Positions 26,637 through 40,180 of a stretch of DNA of 64,000 bases are shown one piece after another. A program made the translations under genes and the position numbers. Positions within the stretch are counted from its first letter, which is position 1. Each line of letters starts with the position of its first letter. Source of the stretch: Octopus vulgaris (Eukaryota); assembly GCA_951406725.2 (NCBI GenBank), contig OX597818.1:107260001-107324000 (forward strand). Direction: 5' to 3'. A model generated the notes under the pieces. It worked only from the letters and a program-made list of their open reading frames with translations. It made no database searches and was not told the origin of the DNA.

Positions 26637-27161
26637 CAAGTTTCTACAGCTTGATGCCCTTCATAATGCCAACCACTTCAAGAGTGTAGTGGGTGCTTTT
26701 ATGTGCCACCAGCACAAGGGCCAATCAGGCAGTAGTGGCAATGGTCATGCTCAAGTGGTGTTTTTACTTGCCACCTGCACAAGAGCCAGTCCAGTGGTAC
26801 TGGCAAACAACCTCACTCGAATATTTTTCACATGCCACCGGCAGAAGTGCCAGTAAGGCGACGCTGGTAATGATCACATTTGAATGGTGCTTTTTACATG
26901 CCACAGGCATGGAAGCCAGTCAGCTGTTCTGGCAGTGATCATGCTCTTAGCGCTCCACTGGCATGGGTGCCAGTCATCGAATTTGCCGGGTCTTCTCAAG
27001 CACAGCATATTTCCAAAAGTCTCCGTCACTAGCCATTGCCTCGGTGAGGCCTAATGTTCAAAGGTCATGCTTCGCCACCTCATTCCAAGACTTCTTGGGT
27101 CTACCTCTTCCCCAGGTTTCCTCAACCGCTAGGGTGTGGCACTTTTTCACACAGCTATCCT

Positions 27162-27164
<3 letters not shown>
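26637..27164 (-). mobile_element. RTE LINE: RT C-terminus plus 3' UTR with tandem subrepeats
   Basis: EDSCVKKCHTLAVEETWGRGRPKKSWNEVAKHDL*TLGLTEAMASDGDFWKYAVLEK, the RTE-clade RGRP..W...DL...DR..W motif. Confidence 0.9.
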
Positions 27165-27208
<44 letters not shown>

Positions 27209-27262
27209 GTATGTATATATAGTCACAATGAGGATACTTTTGTCCAAGATACACTGGTTTAA

Positions 27263-27481
27263 CCCTTTAGTGTTCAGATTATTCTATCAAACGTAATGCT
27301 AATTGATTCCCATTGATTTGAATTAATCATACATTATCTCATATCTTCAAGATCTTGATGGTGTAATTAAATAATGTAGAATAACATTATAGGGTAGGTG
27401 TGAGAGCCTGGATCTAGTCAGTTTAAACATAAAACAGATTAACTATTTTGGCCGGATATGGCCAGTTTAGATACTAAAGGG
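27263..27481 (+). mobile_element. piggyBac-type MITE (219 bp)
   Basis: TTAA TSD on both sides; TIR CCCTTTAGT...ACTAAAGGG. Confidence 0.85.
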
Positions 27482-27635
27482 TTAATACATTGTATTTTGA
27501 AGAGATATTTCTTCAATGTAAAATATCATAAAATATCAAACATTATTATCAAGTTAGAAAACACAGAGATCTAATAGATACAAATTAATTTAATTAACTA
27601 CAACTGCTTCATTACACAAACAAAATCAAAACTAC

Positions 27636-27687
<52 letters not shown>

Positions 27688-27688
27688 T

Positions 27689-27869
27689 TTTTGTTGTGCC
27701 TGGGGAGAGTCATTATGCCAATATTATTAACTCACGCAAACGAAATTAAACAAACAATTGATTAGTTAGTTGGTGCTTTAACCAATTGACTAATTATGAA
27801 GGACTGGAATTGAACCAGTGCATGTGTTTAATAATATTGACATAATAACTCTCTCTGGACACAGCAAAA
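27689..27869. repeat. Inverted repeat with ~42-bp arms (MITE-like)
   Basis: TTTTGTTGTGCCTGGGGAGAGTCATTATGCCAATATTATTAA versus TTAATAATATTGACATAATAACTCTCTCTGGACACAGCAAAA; related sequence at ~43965-43990. Confidence 0.75.
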
Positions 27870-29352
27870 TGTTTTTCAACACACAAATTCACATAAAGAA
27901 TCTTGCAAACCAGATACAAAAACGAAATATATATACTTTATTTAAAGGTTATCCAGACTACCAATAGTTTTATGCAAAGAGGAATGCCTTAACAATTATC
28001 AAGCATACTACATGAGAATGATGGTACTTGTCTCCATTTTGCTTGAGAATTTGACTGAGTTTGCAAACTCAGCAATAATAGAATATCTAATCCCTCCTCT
28101 CTCTTGAAAAGAAATATTTGTTAAGGCAGTTCCTGCTATAACAATGGAGACATCTTGCTGACATATCCTGTGTCTGCCTAACAAAACAGACACACTAAAT
28201 TCACTTCCTTGCTTACAAAGTTATACATACAGAAATAAATTCTAAACAATAGCATAACCTTAAATTTAATCAATAAAAATTTCTCCAAACCACCTCTCCA
28301 TAACAACCACCCTATAACCTAATTACCACTCCCCTCAAACCCATACACCCAAGAAAGATTGTAACTCAATAAAGACTATACAAAACCAAGATTAACTTCG
28401 ATGTATCACAGTTTGATGATGACTGCACTAACTGGCTGAAACTTCAGAGTTACTGTCCACAATATTCTTGTTTAAGGTGCCACATAGTGGGCGTGAACCT
28501 GGAACCATGTGATTGGAAAGCAAGCTTCTTATTACACAGCCACACCTGCACCTACATGTGTGTGTGTGTGTGAGTGTGTGTGTGTATTTCTTAGGACAGA
28601 AATAAATTTCAACAATGTAAAGCATTAGTTTGTTATTAATAATCTTATCTGCTGCATTGGTTTGATGTTGGTGAAAATCAATTGCCAAGCTTTGAAGGTT
28701 CCTCATATTTTTATTCTTTTTATATATATATAGTTATCAATTTTTTTGTTTTAGTTGAATGGCAATATTATATTTTTATAAATCATCTGGGATTTTACAA
28801 GAGTAACAAATATAGCTGGATGTACCACAAAGGATTATGTTTATTATAATCCTGTCCATACTAGAGGAATTGTGGGTAAAAGAAATGAATAATTTTCCAA
28901 TGATTAACGGTGGTTTTAACAAATATGAAGAGTCAAAGAGTCTGAGACAAAGCTTCATGTGACTGCTTTTAAAAAGGAAAGAGGAATGGTAATGAGTTAG
29001 TAACTGGGAACTGTCGTGACAAAAATTAGAGCTCCACATGGAATGTTTATGTCAGGAAGTAGTTGGATATGTTGAGAGTATCCAAGATATTTATGAAACA
29101 TGCATCAGACAGAAATAAGTACTTGTTCATATGAACAATGAAACCATTGAAAGAGCTGCTTCCTGAAAGTCTGTAGTAGAACTGAGGGGTATCTTAATAC
29201 TGGGAAGGCAACTAAATAAAAAAAGGGCTTTTTGTTTGACAATATTTATAAGAACAATAAAAAAAGAAGTGGTTTTTTTGTTAAACATACTTGGAAAGAT
29301 TTTCCTATGAGCTTTACGGTGAGAATGATTAATTTAACACACATACACACAT

Positions 29353-29399
<47 letters not shown>

Positions 29400-29479
29400 C
29401 ACACCCACACACACACACATGCACACACATAAACACACACAGCTATTCGTTGAGTTGTAATTGTTGGGGGGGGGGGGTC

Positions 29480-30340
29480 ATCGATGCTGCTGATGTTCAG
29501 TTTGAAATTATGGTTGGAAGAAAAACATTGACGGTGTTGACTTTTCAGAAGATTACAAATTGTGGGGAGGAAAGATTGAACAAAAAAAATTTTAATGTGA
29601 GAAATTATTGAAGGGAAGAAGACATGGCAAGAATGAGATGAGTGTGTTGCTTGGGTTTGTGAAAATAGGGTAAGCATTCAGGGAAAAAGGGGCTGACGTA
29701 GTTATAGTAGAAAAGAAGAAAGAAGCATCATGTCTGTGTGCTTGATAGTGTAGCATGTTGGTAAGTGAATATTTGCCAATCTGTTGAATAATGTTTTGGT
29801 TGTAGAGAAGGCTTTTTCTGCATGCAGCAGAATCCTTCTTATAAAATGCAGAAGCGGAAGATTTGCAGGATGTGGGCTGTGTGAATGATTCTAACAGTTG
29901 TCTTTGCATTGTATCAGCGAGGGCTATGAACACTCTCCTAGATAGATAGCAACTTGGAACTTTTATTTATTGTTATATGTGGTAGAATAACTGAGACAAA
30001 ACAGCTTGGTGGATTAAGGGTGGATGAGATTTAGATTTAGTGGAACATGGTAGGATGACTTTGGCTATTTGTTGAGCTTTCTCAGCTGATTTGGATTATG
30101 AAATCTTAAGCTTAAGAAATCTAAGCTATGGATATCGTCTTGTCATCTGGTCATATGAACTCCCCAGCACACCAGTTTTTACTTGTTCTCCAACAAGATT
30201 TATCCACAGAAAGACTTATCCACAGATGCTGGCTTCCATCTGGATTACTTACAAGGATTGACAGTAGTGATGGCTTAGAAGTTTGTATGAAATAGTAGTA
30301 AGGGTCTAGGTTGGATAGTATGGTGTACAGGTGTGGAAAT
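29480..30340 (-). mobile_element. Decayed CR1/Jockey-like LINE
   Basis: IGKYSLTNML, AHRHDASFFF, THSSHSCHVFF, VQSFLPTICNLL and FKLNISSID match the LAHRR..S...FY and SFFPRT..LWN..FK..I C-terminal motifs. The extent beyond 29930 is less certain. Confidence 0.6.
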
Positions 30341-30380
30341 TTTTTAGGGACTAACTTGTCTTGGTATCTGAAATGTTCCC

Positions 30381-30797
30381 AGGCACAGGAGTGGGTGTGT
30401 GGTAAGTAGCTTGCTTACTAACCACATGGTTCTGTGTTCAGGCCCACTGCATGGCACCTTGGGCAAGTGTCTTCTACTATAGCCTTGGGATGACCAAAAC
30501 CTTGTGAGTGGATATGGTAGACGGAAACTGCCCGTCGTATATATGTATATGTATATATATATATGTATATATATGTATATACATATGTGTGTGTGTGTGT
30601 GTTTGTCCCCCAACATTGCTTGACAACCGATGGTGGTGCGTTTACGTCCCCGTAACTTAGCAGTTCAGTCAAAGAGACCAATAGAATAAGTACTAGGCTT
30701 ACAAAGAATAAGTCCTAGGGTCGATTTGCTCAACTAAAGGTGGTGCTCCAGCATGGCCGCAGTCAAATGACTGAAACAAGTAAAAGAGTAAAAGAGT
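30381..30797 (+). mobile_element. SINE family A, full length
   Basis: GGCACAGGAGTGG.TGTGTGGTAAG head, CCTTGGGCAAGT, internal (TA)/(TG) microsatellite and AAGTAAAAGAG tail. Head-only copies at 28468-28551(-), 36030-36163(-), 53290-53443(-) and 57640-57796(+). Confidence 0.9.
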
Positions 30798-30829
30798 TAG
30801 AGATGTGTATTTTCTTGGTTTGAAGAAGG

Positions 30830-32097
30830 AAAAGCATAAACTGTGACTAACAGATTATTGTTAATCCCTATTCCAATCCTTAAATTAAATCCACCTGAAA
30901 GTCAGAGTCTAAAGATGGTCACTTTGAAATTTTGAATCTAAAGATGGTTGTTACTTTGAAATTGTGGTACATCCATCTATATTTGCTACTCTTGCAAATT
31001 TTTGAAATTTTGAGCATCAGTAACAAATGGAAAGAAAAGTCAATAAAAGATTATGTACTAGATGGCATGTTGGAGAGGGGAGCTACTGGTTAGATTTCAT
31101 CATCCATCTGTTTGCAAGCCTTCACTTATCAAGTGGTCAAAAGTAGCCTCGAACTGGTGGAGGCATTAAAAATAAAAATGCTTAATTTGAAGTCACTAAA
31201 AATCAAGGTTATCCATAATTTGAGGAATGGGTATGATTCAGAAGCAAAATGAACTCTGCTAAATGATACAAGGTGATATTGTGATGGTGTTGCCATGCTA
31301 TTTAGCTCAAAGCCAGCAGTGATTAAGTAGACCTAAGATCAAAGTTATTCCAGCTGTGACCAATTTTATAAGTAGTAGATTGTGATATGGGAGAGAGATT
31401 TGGCTGCTGTCTTTAGCAGTTCAAGTGACTTCAAAGGGAAGATAAACAGTAGAAAGAAAAGAGAATTATTGTTGATTTCCTAAAATGTTGAGGCTTGTGG
31501 GAATACTACAGATGTTTGGGTTATTTTAATTTTCTATTGACTGCATCATTTACGCTAATTATTAACCAATTTATCCATAGTTCAATAGGTCTATTATGAT
31601 GATGATGATGCTTAAAATGACCGTGTCAACGCCAATGACGGTAATTGAATATACAATTAAAACTGCATAACCAAAACCAATTTTAATAGGTCATGTATGC
31701 CAACCTATAATTTTCAAAGAATATTGCTACACTATCTCAACTTGTGAATTATCTTTGGATAAATTAATTCATTTCTATCTATACGTATTTTCTTTCCAGT
31801 TTTATCATCAATAACTAATAATTGATATTATTCAATGAGAATTGGAGCCAACACTCTGACAGTTTTAATTCATTTTCTCTCACAACCTTGGGCTAAACCT
31901 CAGAAAGTCTCTAACAATGAGATTAAAATGAATTTAAATGATATGCTTACTTTCCTGAAATTAATTTAACATTGTATACTGTGCAGAAATAACCTCCTTT
32001 CAATAATTCTCAAAGAACTCAAATAATTCATTGCTTTTCTGAGAAGCATATCTCCCACTTCCTTTTTATAGTAAAACAAATCTTCTCAAGAATGTAC

Positions 32098-32172
<75 letters not shown>

Positions 32173-34290
32173 CTTACCTATCTATCTACACACACATGTA
32201 TGTATAGATAGATAGACATATACCTTGGTAGATATATAAACAGTAGGTAGATTGTGAAAGAGGTAGTATACAAAAAAGATAAATAAACAAAATTGGCAAA
32301 AGAAGCTCTGATGCACATCTCTAGTACCACTAAATAGAAGGAAAATAATATTTGTAAGAAAATCAATTTTTTTTCCTATTTTCAAAGTACATACAATAAT
32401 CTTGTAAAAATCTAAATTTCTATTCAAAGAATATATTATTTTATCTTGGAGACAAGATTATTATCAACAACTTGGCTCCTTCTTAGTTCGTAAAGCATTT
32501 TCAATTATCTCCCAGAAATCATTCTTCTCTTTATCTCTGCCAATGTGAAATGGTTGTGAGAAAAGAAGCATTGCAAATTATAGTTCCAGAAAATAAAAGA
32601 GAATATGTGCTAAAAAGTGTCAACCAGCTCTGGACTACAAAACTAAATTAAAATCATCTTTACTCTGTAGTGATTCAGAATGTTATTTATCTGAATCTGA
32701 AATAATTTGCTTTTCTTTATGGCACCGAATAGTAGTCAATACTCTGACTACCATTCTCCTCTCTAATTATATTACTGAGAATTAACTGTGCTCTATAAAT
32801 GTTTGATCACCACCATCATCCTTTAAATCCCAATCACCTACATCTCTACCCACCTCCCCCACTTTACATTACCTTCTCCCGTCCAACCACTGCATGGACT
32901 ACAACTACCATCATTGTCACTACAACCAGCTCTACAGACACTATACCATCATTAAAGCTATTGCTACCACAACCAGATTTCCTCACATAACATTTACTAC
33001 TCACCACTAATATACAATGTCCTTATTCTCACCATCATCTTCATAAACAATGCCATTCTTAGCAATATTAAGAACATGTTTACTGAAAATTGAAATTGTT
33101 TGAGTTTGAAGACATCAAATGTTGAAGAATTGTTTATTCTCCAAAACTTAAATGTCTTCTTAGATTCTTTCCAGAATTTGAAAATCTGATTATCAAATGT
33201 ATTGCCATTAAAATAATTAAAATTTCTTTTCAAATTCCTTATTTCATGCATTATTTGCACATAATAATGTAGGTTGATTAGATATGCAAACTCAAGACTT
33301 TAAAGGAAAATTTTGGATAAATATCTTACGATTAAATGATCTACTTTTCAAAAATGAAGTTGCAATGAAATCTTTTTGCAAGTAATAAAACTTTGAAGAA
33401 TATTAGAAACTAGAAAAGCATTTAAAACAGTTAAAATTCGTGCTGTGTAAAGACAAATTAACAAATTTTTTTTAAATGGCATGTTTGTTTATGAATAACC
33501 TTAAATTTTCACAAGTTCTCATTTAAAATAATTGTCAACCATTTTATTCATTGGTCACTACATTCATGATGATGATGATGATGATGATGATGATAAAGCT
33601 ATAAACGTCTGTGTTTATAAGCATACACACTTATAGCGCAATCATACATTTTCTTTTACAATACTGGATAAGAGACAACACACGAGTGATAGCTTCCACA
33701 TTGATTGTTAACCAGAATCGATTCTAAATCAAAAGTCAAGTGTTTATGTAATTTTTAAAGTACCAAAATATCTGCCATCAATTTTATTTCGGAATTCCTC
33801 TCTTAAAACCACTTTTAGATCCAGAGGATAATCTGCTGTAATTTCTTGGCCCAGTCTTTAGACAATACTCATCCATCAGTGCATTCATCCACATCCTTTG
33901 GATGGCCTCATAAGATTTTCAGTAAATTTACTCCCAAAGTTTGAGACTTGAAGGTAAGTAAGGTCATCAGAATTCTGGATTCATCTGTCTGGGGCAAAAG
34001 AAATCTAAAGTTAAGCTGAGCAAAGTATGAAGTCCATGATTGAAGATCACAAGGTTTACGCACACTCCTATGTGCAAATATACAACCATACATAAGTACT
34101 GAGGGTGACTTCAAACCTATTTCAATCTATCTAATGATAGTATACTCACCTTATGGAGTCTTTGCTCTGTACAATGTAACTGGGATATCCCAGGAACAGG
34201 TGTCAGAAACTATCTCTACCTTTCATAATATGACTAAATTGAATTAAATGACTTTGTCAAGTCTTGCCAATTTGTTTGCCTCTCCTTTTT
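30830..34290. pseudogene. LRR-coding relic(s), strand ambiguous (plus favoured)
   Basis: Plus: HPSIFATLANF/EILSISN (~30970), IKMLNLKSLKIKVI (~31170), KVSNNEIKM..LCRNNLLSI (~31900), KVPKYLPS (~33760), IHPHPLDGLIRF (~33885), TFHNMTKLN*MTLS (~34220). Minus also yields LRR-like strings (YFGTLKIT*TLDF, TLGVNLLKIL). Confidence 0.4.
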
Positions 34291-34468
34291 ACTTTAACAA
34301 ATGCCTACTGACTCAAGGGGAGACCACTTCTAACTGCTTTGGATAAGGCAGTCACAAAACCACAAACACAACTGCCTTCTCCTGCCGGAATTTTAGTGAC
34401 ATTCCTATTTGAGCACTCAGTGTATATCCATTGGTTTGAGTCACCCTGACGAAAACTCCTTATATCTT

Positions 34469-34519
<51 letters not shown>

Positions 34520-34734
34520 CATATATATATATATACGTACATACATATATACATATATATATATACGTACATACATATATACATACTTACATATAAATAT
34601 ATAAGCGTACATACTTATACACATGCGCACACACATGCGCACACACATGCACTCACATCCATGCACATACGCACACACTCACTCACTCACACATATGCAT
34701 GCATGTATGCACACATTCACACACACACAAGCCA

Positions 34735-35800
34735 ATAGTAGCAGGGGTAGAACTGGGTCTACTCAATTCGATGTGGTAGATTTTTACTTGTTTATATCGA
34801 GGAGGATCTTGCACGCTGAAGTTTATGATGTGTATATATGCATTATCATGCACACTAGAAGACTCCCACTCCTTTGTAAGGGGTCAGCCTAGGGGAAGAA
34901 GTGCACTGACCCCGAAGGTTCCTTCAATGTAGCAATGAGTGCCTTCGTCAGCACTGATGTGAGTGACTACGTTGGTTTCTTCGTCCTAGATATACTTAAA
35001 AAGGAATTCCCTTCCATTAACTTTGGCCTCTACAGGAATGATGTGCTGGTAATATTGAGAGAGGGAAATCACCACACACTAGATCAGTGTAGAAAAGACT
35101 ACACCAGCACCATGAATTTCTTTAGATTTAAGGTCACAATAGAAACCAACCTGTAAATGGTTGATTTCGTTGGGGTCTGGTATGTATAGACTGTTAAGGA
35201 AGCCAAATGAGAGGCCATCGTTTTATCAACACACGTTTCTCTCATCCAGCCATAGGATTCAAGAACTTGGTAAAGAGTGTCAGCTAAAGAATCTCCAACC
35301 TATCTTCAAGCAAAGGGATTTTTGACACTGCTGCACCATACTATAAAGAGGCTTTGGCCAACAGCAGTTTTAAGGAAATACCTCTAGTTCACAACACCCT
35401 CCTCTTTAAGTGTTAAAACACCTGTGTCTAAGATTTTCCTTGTACAATTAGGTTCAGTAAAATATTTCATAGGCACACCTTGAGGGTTACTTTTTTCTGT
35501 GCAGCCAATGTATAAAAGATATAACTAGGTAAGTCCATACCTGAGACAGAAGCAGAATGCTCATGTAGGAGTACCACAACATGTCCACTTAAAGGCCACT
35601 ATAATACGGAAACCGTCGTTTATGGGGCAAATGTAACAGCAACTGGACCAAATGGACAATAAAACATGCAAAAGAATGTGGAAGTAGCTGATGGTACCTT
35701 CAGAACACAATACAACAAACAAGTCCTGCTTCAACATCCTGGAGAGATGAAACATCTCAACCCTTGCTGAGCATATCTATCTGAGTTCAGCTTAAAGGAC
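34735..35800 (+). mobile_element. Penelope-like element RT and GIY-YIG pseudogene
   Basis: QFDVVDFY, FNVAMSAFVSTDVSDYVGFFVL, GLYRNDVL (GLYRDDGL), YRLLRKPN, RISNLSSSKGIFDTAAPYYKEAL and CPLKGH..ETVVYGA. Confidence 0.9.
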
Positions 35801-36178
35801 TCTCAACACTTGGGCATATCTATCTGAATAGCAGAAGTGAAATTTATAATCCTTGCCCACATTGTGTCATACTTACATGCCCCATCATGTTTATAATGGC
35901 CAGTTCAGCTTTTCCACCACCAGTACCTGGGAATCTGGCAAAGAGTTTGACTAGAATATGCATAAACGCACTCACAGACACATACAGGCCCTAACATGGA
36001 GGACAACCCCTCAATAGACCTTTTCCCATATGACAAGCTTCTCTCAGTTTCTGTCTACAAAATCCACTCACAAGACTTTGGTTGCCCGAGGTGTCATGAA
36101 GTGGGACTGAATCCAGAACCAAGTGGTTGGCAAGCAAGATTCTTACCACACAGCCATGCCTGCACATACACACACACA

Positions 36179-36232
<54 letters not shown>

Positions 36233-36476
36233 AATATGCACACAAAAAGAAAGAAAAAGAGAGAGAGAGAGAAATAAGAGAGAATCGCACCCTCCCTTTC
36301 TAAAGAATGGAAAGATACATTGGCTAATTTAGATCTGGATATATTCTGCCTGATCGAATGATGGAATGGTTACAGCTGGAATACCTTTAATCATAAGTCT
36401 GTTCAATCATGGCTGATCTGAAGGAAATAGCAACAAAGAAGAAAATGATGATTACGACAACGACTATGATGACAAC

Positions 36477-36528
<52 letters not shown>

Positions 36529-39159
36529 TTGATGATGATGATGATGATGATGATGGTTATCACTACCATTTTCATTTCCTCCTAACCCTTACATAGTAAT
36601 TGTGTAGAAGAAGATGATGGCAATGATAGTAATGATGAGAAATATATCAAGTATGATGATGGTGGTGATGATGATGATGATGATGATGATAACGACGACG
36701 GCGACGATGATGAATGATAACAAACGAGTGGAAGTCAGAGCAAGTGACAAGTTTGGCATCAATATTCTTTGCAATGAAATGTAGTACTTACCACTATAAA
36801 GATGATTTTGTTCTTTACTGACATCAGCTTTTGTGAATATGTCAGACAAGGCCTTAACCTACAAGCTTTATCTTTGTTTGTGTTCCAGTGTCTCTAAGTA
36901 TAAGGGCGTTTGTGTGTGTGTATGTGTGTACGTGTGTGTGTGTTTGTGGTGGGATGAGAGTATATGCTGTGCGCTCATATGCACATGGATGTACATTTAT
37001 ATATTCACTTGTGCAGATATAGATGCACATGTATGTGTGTATAAGAATATATGTAAATTGGAATCAGGTGTGTATTTATTCACTAATATCTATATGAGCA
37101 TGCATATATGCACATACACACACATACACACTCACGCACACTCAGTCATACACAGTTTCGGTAGTAAATTTCATACATAAATATACACACACTCATCCTT
37201 ATGTTGGTTTTTATAAATATTTGTGTTTATGTATAATTATTTCTTCACATAAGCAGGAAGCCTTCTTTCCATATACTTAAATATATTAAAAGACTTTCAT
37301 ATTTGTATACGTATGCATACATGTGTGTAGATCTCTCACTCTCTCTCTCTTTCTATCTATCTATATATCTATCTGTCAATCTATCTAACTATCTATATAT
37401 CTAATTATTTCTGTCTGTCTGTCTCTCCCTCCCTCTTTCCACCTCTCTCTATCTCTTTCCATAAACATACACCCACAATTTTATGTTTATTTTCCATGCT
37501 GTGACACAGCTTAGTTGGATCATCATAGAATGAGTCAGTACTTATTCCAAGGCCCATCTCTCCTAGATTTGCTAGAAAACCACATCTCCCTGGTTTATTT
37601 CCCTTTTGGCTCTGTATCTACAACTAGTTGCCTCTTCTAACACCAACAACTTTACAGAGTCTACCCTAGCATTTGTAAATCAGGAAGGGGTCATATCCTC
37701 AATGAAACTAGAGCATGTCACCACTAGTTTTCCAGCCACTTCACTGAGTTTCCTGAATAAAGTTAACACAAATGATCTCACACTAACTTTAGAATCATTG
37801 TTATTATGGGAGAGCAGTAAACGGCAAAATTACTAAGAAAACTTCTGAAAAGGCAAGCAACTTGTATTTCATAATCCACATTTAATCGTGAATATTATCA
37901 AAACACTTCACCCTGAAGGGTCCAATTTAATGAGCTGTAAATACACCATATTTCAAATATATCTACAGCTGTAATCAGCCAGAATTCTGTAAAATAAATG
38001 AATATTTCATTCAATCGCAGTGCAAACTTTCAGTAGACTTAAACCGAGATTAAATTCCTAACAAGTTTTCAAAGCAGCTCAGGGAACAGCAGTGACTGTG
38101 GGTAACTCTTTCCAACCATTCTTTCAAGTTATTATGACATTCAGTGTTCATTCATCCATGAAAAAGCACTCACAGGTCATTGTAAAATCTGACAGTGATA
38201 GCTTGACTCTGTTTCATTGATGGGATCTGATAAGTTTGAAACTTGTCCAGAGTTGCATCTTTATTCTAAAGATCTTACACTGGTCTCCACAGCATTCAAT
38301 AATTAATTAGTTTTAAGTAATTGAAATTTCATTTAATTTCCCCTGTTTTTATCAGAATGAGATACATAGATAATAGATGGTTCCTATTACTAAGATTATA
38401 GCCACTGCATCAAGTATGTTAAATGAAGCCCATAATGTGAATGAACTTCTTATTTTTTTTATTCTTTAGCAATTTCTGTAGCAAAATTCATGTCAAAGGT
38501 TACTCCACAAACTTCTTTTGATAAAATAAGGCAGGAACACCATAGCATGGTAAAAATGGACAAAGCTAAGTTAATGTTAACCAATACAATGCACAGAGTT
38601 TGTTTGTTAATAAGACTCAGAAAGATATAAATACAACGTGGAAAAAGTGATTAATATTATTTCCATTTTTGCTGAATTCCAGAAGAATCTCTGGATGTTT
38701 TTATCTTATTACAACCTTCTCTGTTCTTGCTGAAATAAGGACAAAGGAATCCCTGTGTAAATAGACAAGATTGTACACTTCTTGGTGAAAAAAAATGAAA
38801 TTGTTTAGCCTTTAGCATACAAATTACTCTCTCGAATTAATGCTTATTTCACCATCATCATCATCATTGTTTAATGTGTAGATGAAGATAAATCAAGAAT
38901 CTTTCTTTCTTTCTCTGACTATAATTTTGGTTAGAATCAAATTCTTGTAGCAGTCTTCTTTGTTGTCATCATTGTCATCACCATCATCATGATCATCCTC
39001 ACTATCATGATCATGATGATCATCATCATTACCATTACAAAATATTGCTATCATTATTAAATTTGTAATCACTTAATATTTATTACTAATTAATTAACAG
39101 TGAATGTGGTGGAGAGTTTGTAAACATTGTGAGTTCAGATCTCGTGTGGCTCAATCAAC

Positions 39160-39579
39160 TTCATCACTTGTTGTTGACTGTTATCTGTGCCAGCGGCGTG
39201 CAAAGAGCACCATCCGAGTATGATCATTGCCAGAGCAGCCAACTGGCTCTGTGCCGGTGGCACATAAAAGGGCACCATTTGAGTGTGATCATTACCAACG
39301 CCGCCTTACTGGCACCTGTGCCGGTGGCATGTGTAAAAAGATTTGAGTGAGGTCATTGCCAGTGCTGCCTGACTGGCCCCGTGCCAGTGGCTGTAAAAAG
39401 CACCCACTACACTCTTGGAGTGGTTGGCGTTAGGAAAGGTATCCAGCTGTAGAAACTCTGCCAGATCAAGATTGAAGCCTGGTGCAGCCATCTGGCTCAC
39501 CAACCCTCAGTCAAAATCGTCCAACCCATGCTAGCATGGAAAGCAGACATTAAACGATGATGATGATGATGATGATGAT
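39160..39579 (+). mobile_element. RTE 3' UTR-derived repeat with tandem subrepeats and (GAT)n tail
   Basis: Four GTGCC(G/A)G(T/C)GGC units, then AAAAGCACCCACTACAC...CATGGAAAGCAGACATTAAACGATGATG. Confidence 0.85.
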
Positions 39580-39689
39580 TGTTGTGAAGTGTTAAGGGAT
39601 GTTTTTGTAGAAGAACGATAAATGTTTCTTTTTTTTCTCATATAACTTGTTTACATAAATAGCAGGAACAGGATTACCTGGACCACAGC

Positions 39690-40180
39690 TGGCAACGGAG
39701 AAAACTGCGACTACAAAGGAACAACAAAAGTATAGTCACTCTGCGGACGTAACAATTGGAAGGCAAACAGTTGAATCAGTTTGTGTTTGTAATGGGATGG
39801 TAAATGACAGGAAGTTTACTGTGCAAGTGATGGAAAGATATGAGAAAAATGTCTGAAACGTGTATTTCTATTTCTTAGGTGAGCATGGAAGAATCCAAAT
39901 GGTAGAAAGGCTCTGGAAAAGATGTACAAGATGTTTGTATGCTCTTCATGGCTCTGTGAGTGTGAAGAAGTAAGAGAGCAGCTATATCTGAGAGTGGCAA
40001 AGAGCATAGGTCTGAGACTAGACCACTCTGGGTTTTGGTTGTTGCTTTACTGAAAGAGTTGAGAACAGAGGCTTGGATGAGAGATTTCTGAGAACTTGAT
40101 GCCTGGCAGCTGATTCATTGAAACCAACTTTGTGAGTTCAATACATGGAAGGTTAAGATATAGAATATTTTGATGGCGAA
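39690..40180 (-). mobile_element. Possible CR1-like LINE 3' remnant
   Basis: SHSQSHEEHTNILYIF weakly resembles SLQRR.ERY.I.Y; KLIQLFAFQLLR is weakly like LFN.LP..LR. Confidence 0.3.

Larger units (their letters stand above)
19020..29150 (-). pseudogene. Toll-like receptor relic 2 (LRRs, LRRCT, TM, TIR)
   Basis: Minus, in order: FINILDTLNISNYFLT (~29070), MRNLQSLAIDF (~28690), IAGTALTNISF (~28120), [12 protein letters not shown] (~26540), GL*MLDYGNG (~25740), KYFLDLK (~21830), RKCKTISLKDVVIIFSAVIFPIVLF (TM, ~21635-21710), RDQI*IRNKLI (~21440), GVD*KQNCILLF..FCVH (~19350-19417), YIQL and LFWQKWR (~19040-19090). Confidence 0.55.

Noticed and set aside
6627-28178. A spliced minus-strand gene built from exon-like blocks (6627-6698, 7838-7887, 8598-8653, 9687-9810, 11069-11403, 28004-28178), first read as PKD/cadherin-like
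   Set aside because: Splice phases do not chain consistently, one block has internal stops, and most blocks fit better as pieces of intronless TLR relics whose similarity continues past the supposed splice sites. Not fully excluded without RNA-seq.
32465-32810. Minus-strand TIR domain (DFWEIIENAL)
   Set aside because: The same bases read as LRR-like on the plus strand in continuity with neighbours, so it was not counted as a TIR-bearing copy.
38140-38450. Plus-strand hAT motifs (CSFIHEKAL, NRWFL)
   Set aside because: Spacing is poor, and the minus-strand LRRCT reading is better supported by flanking domains.
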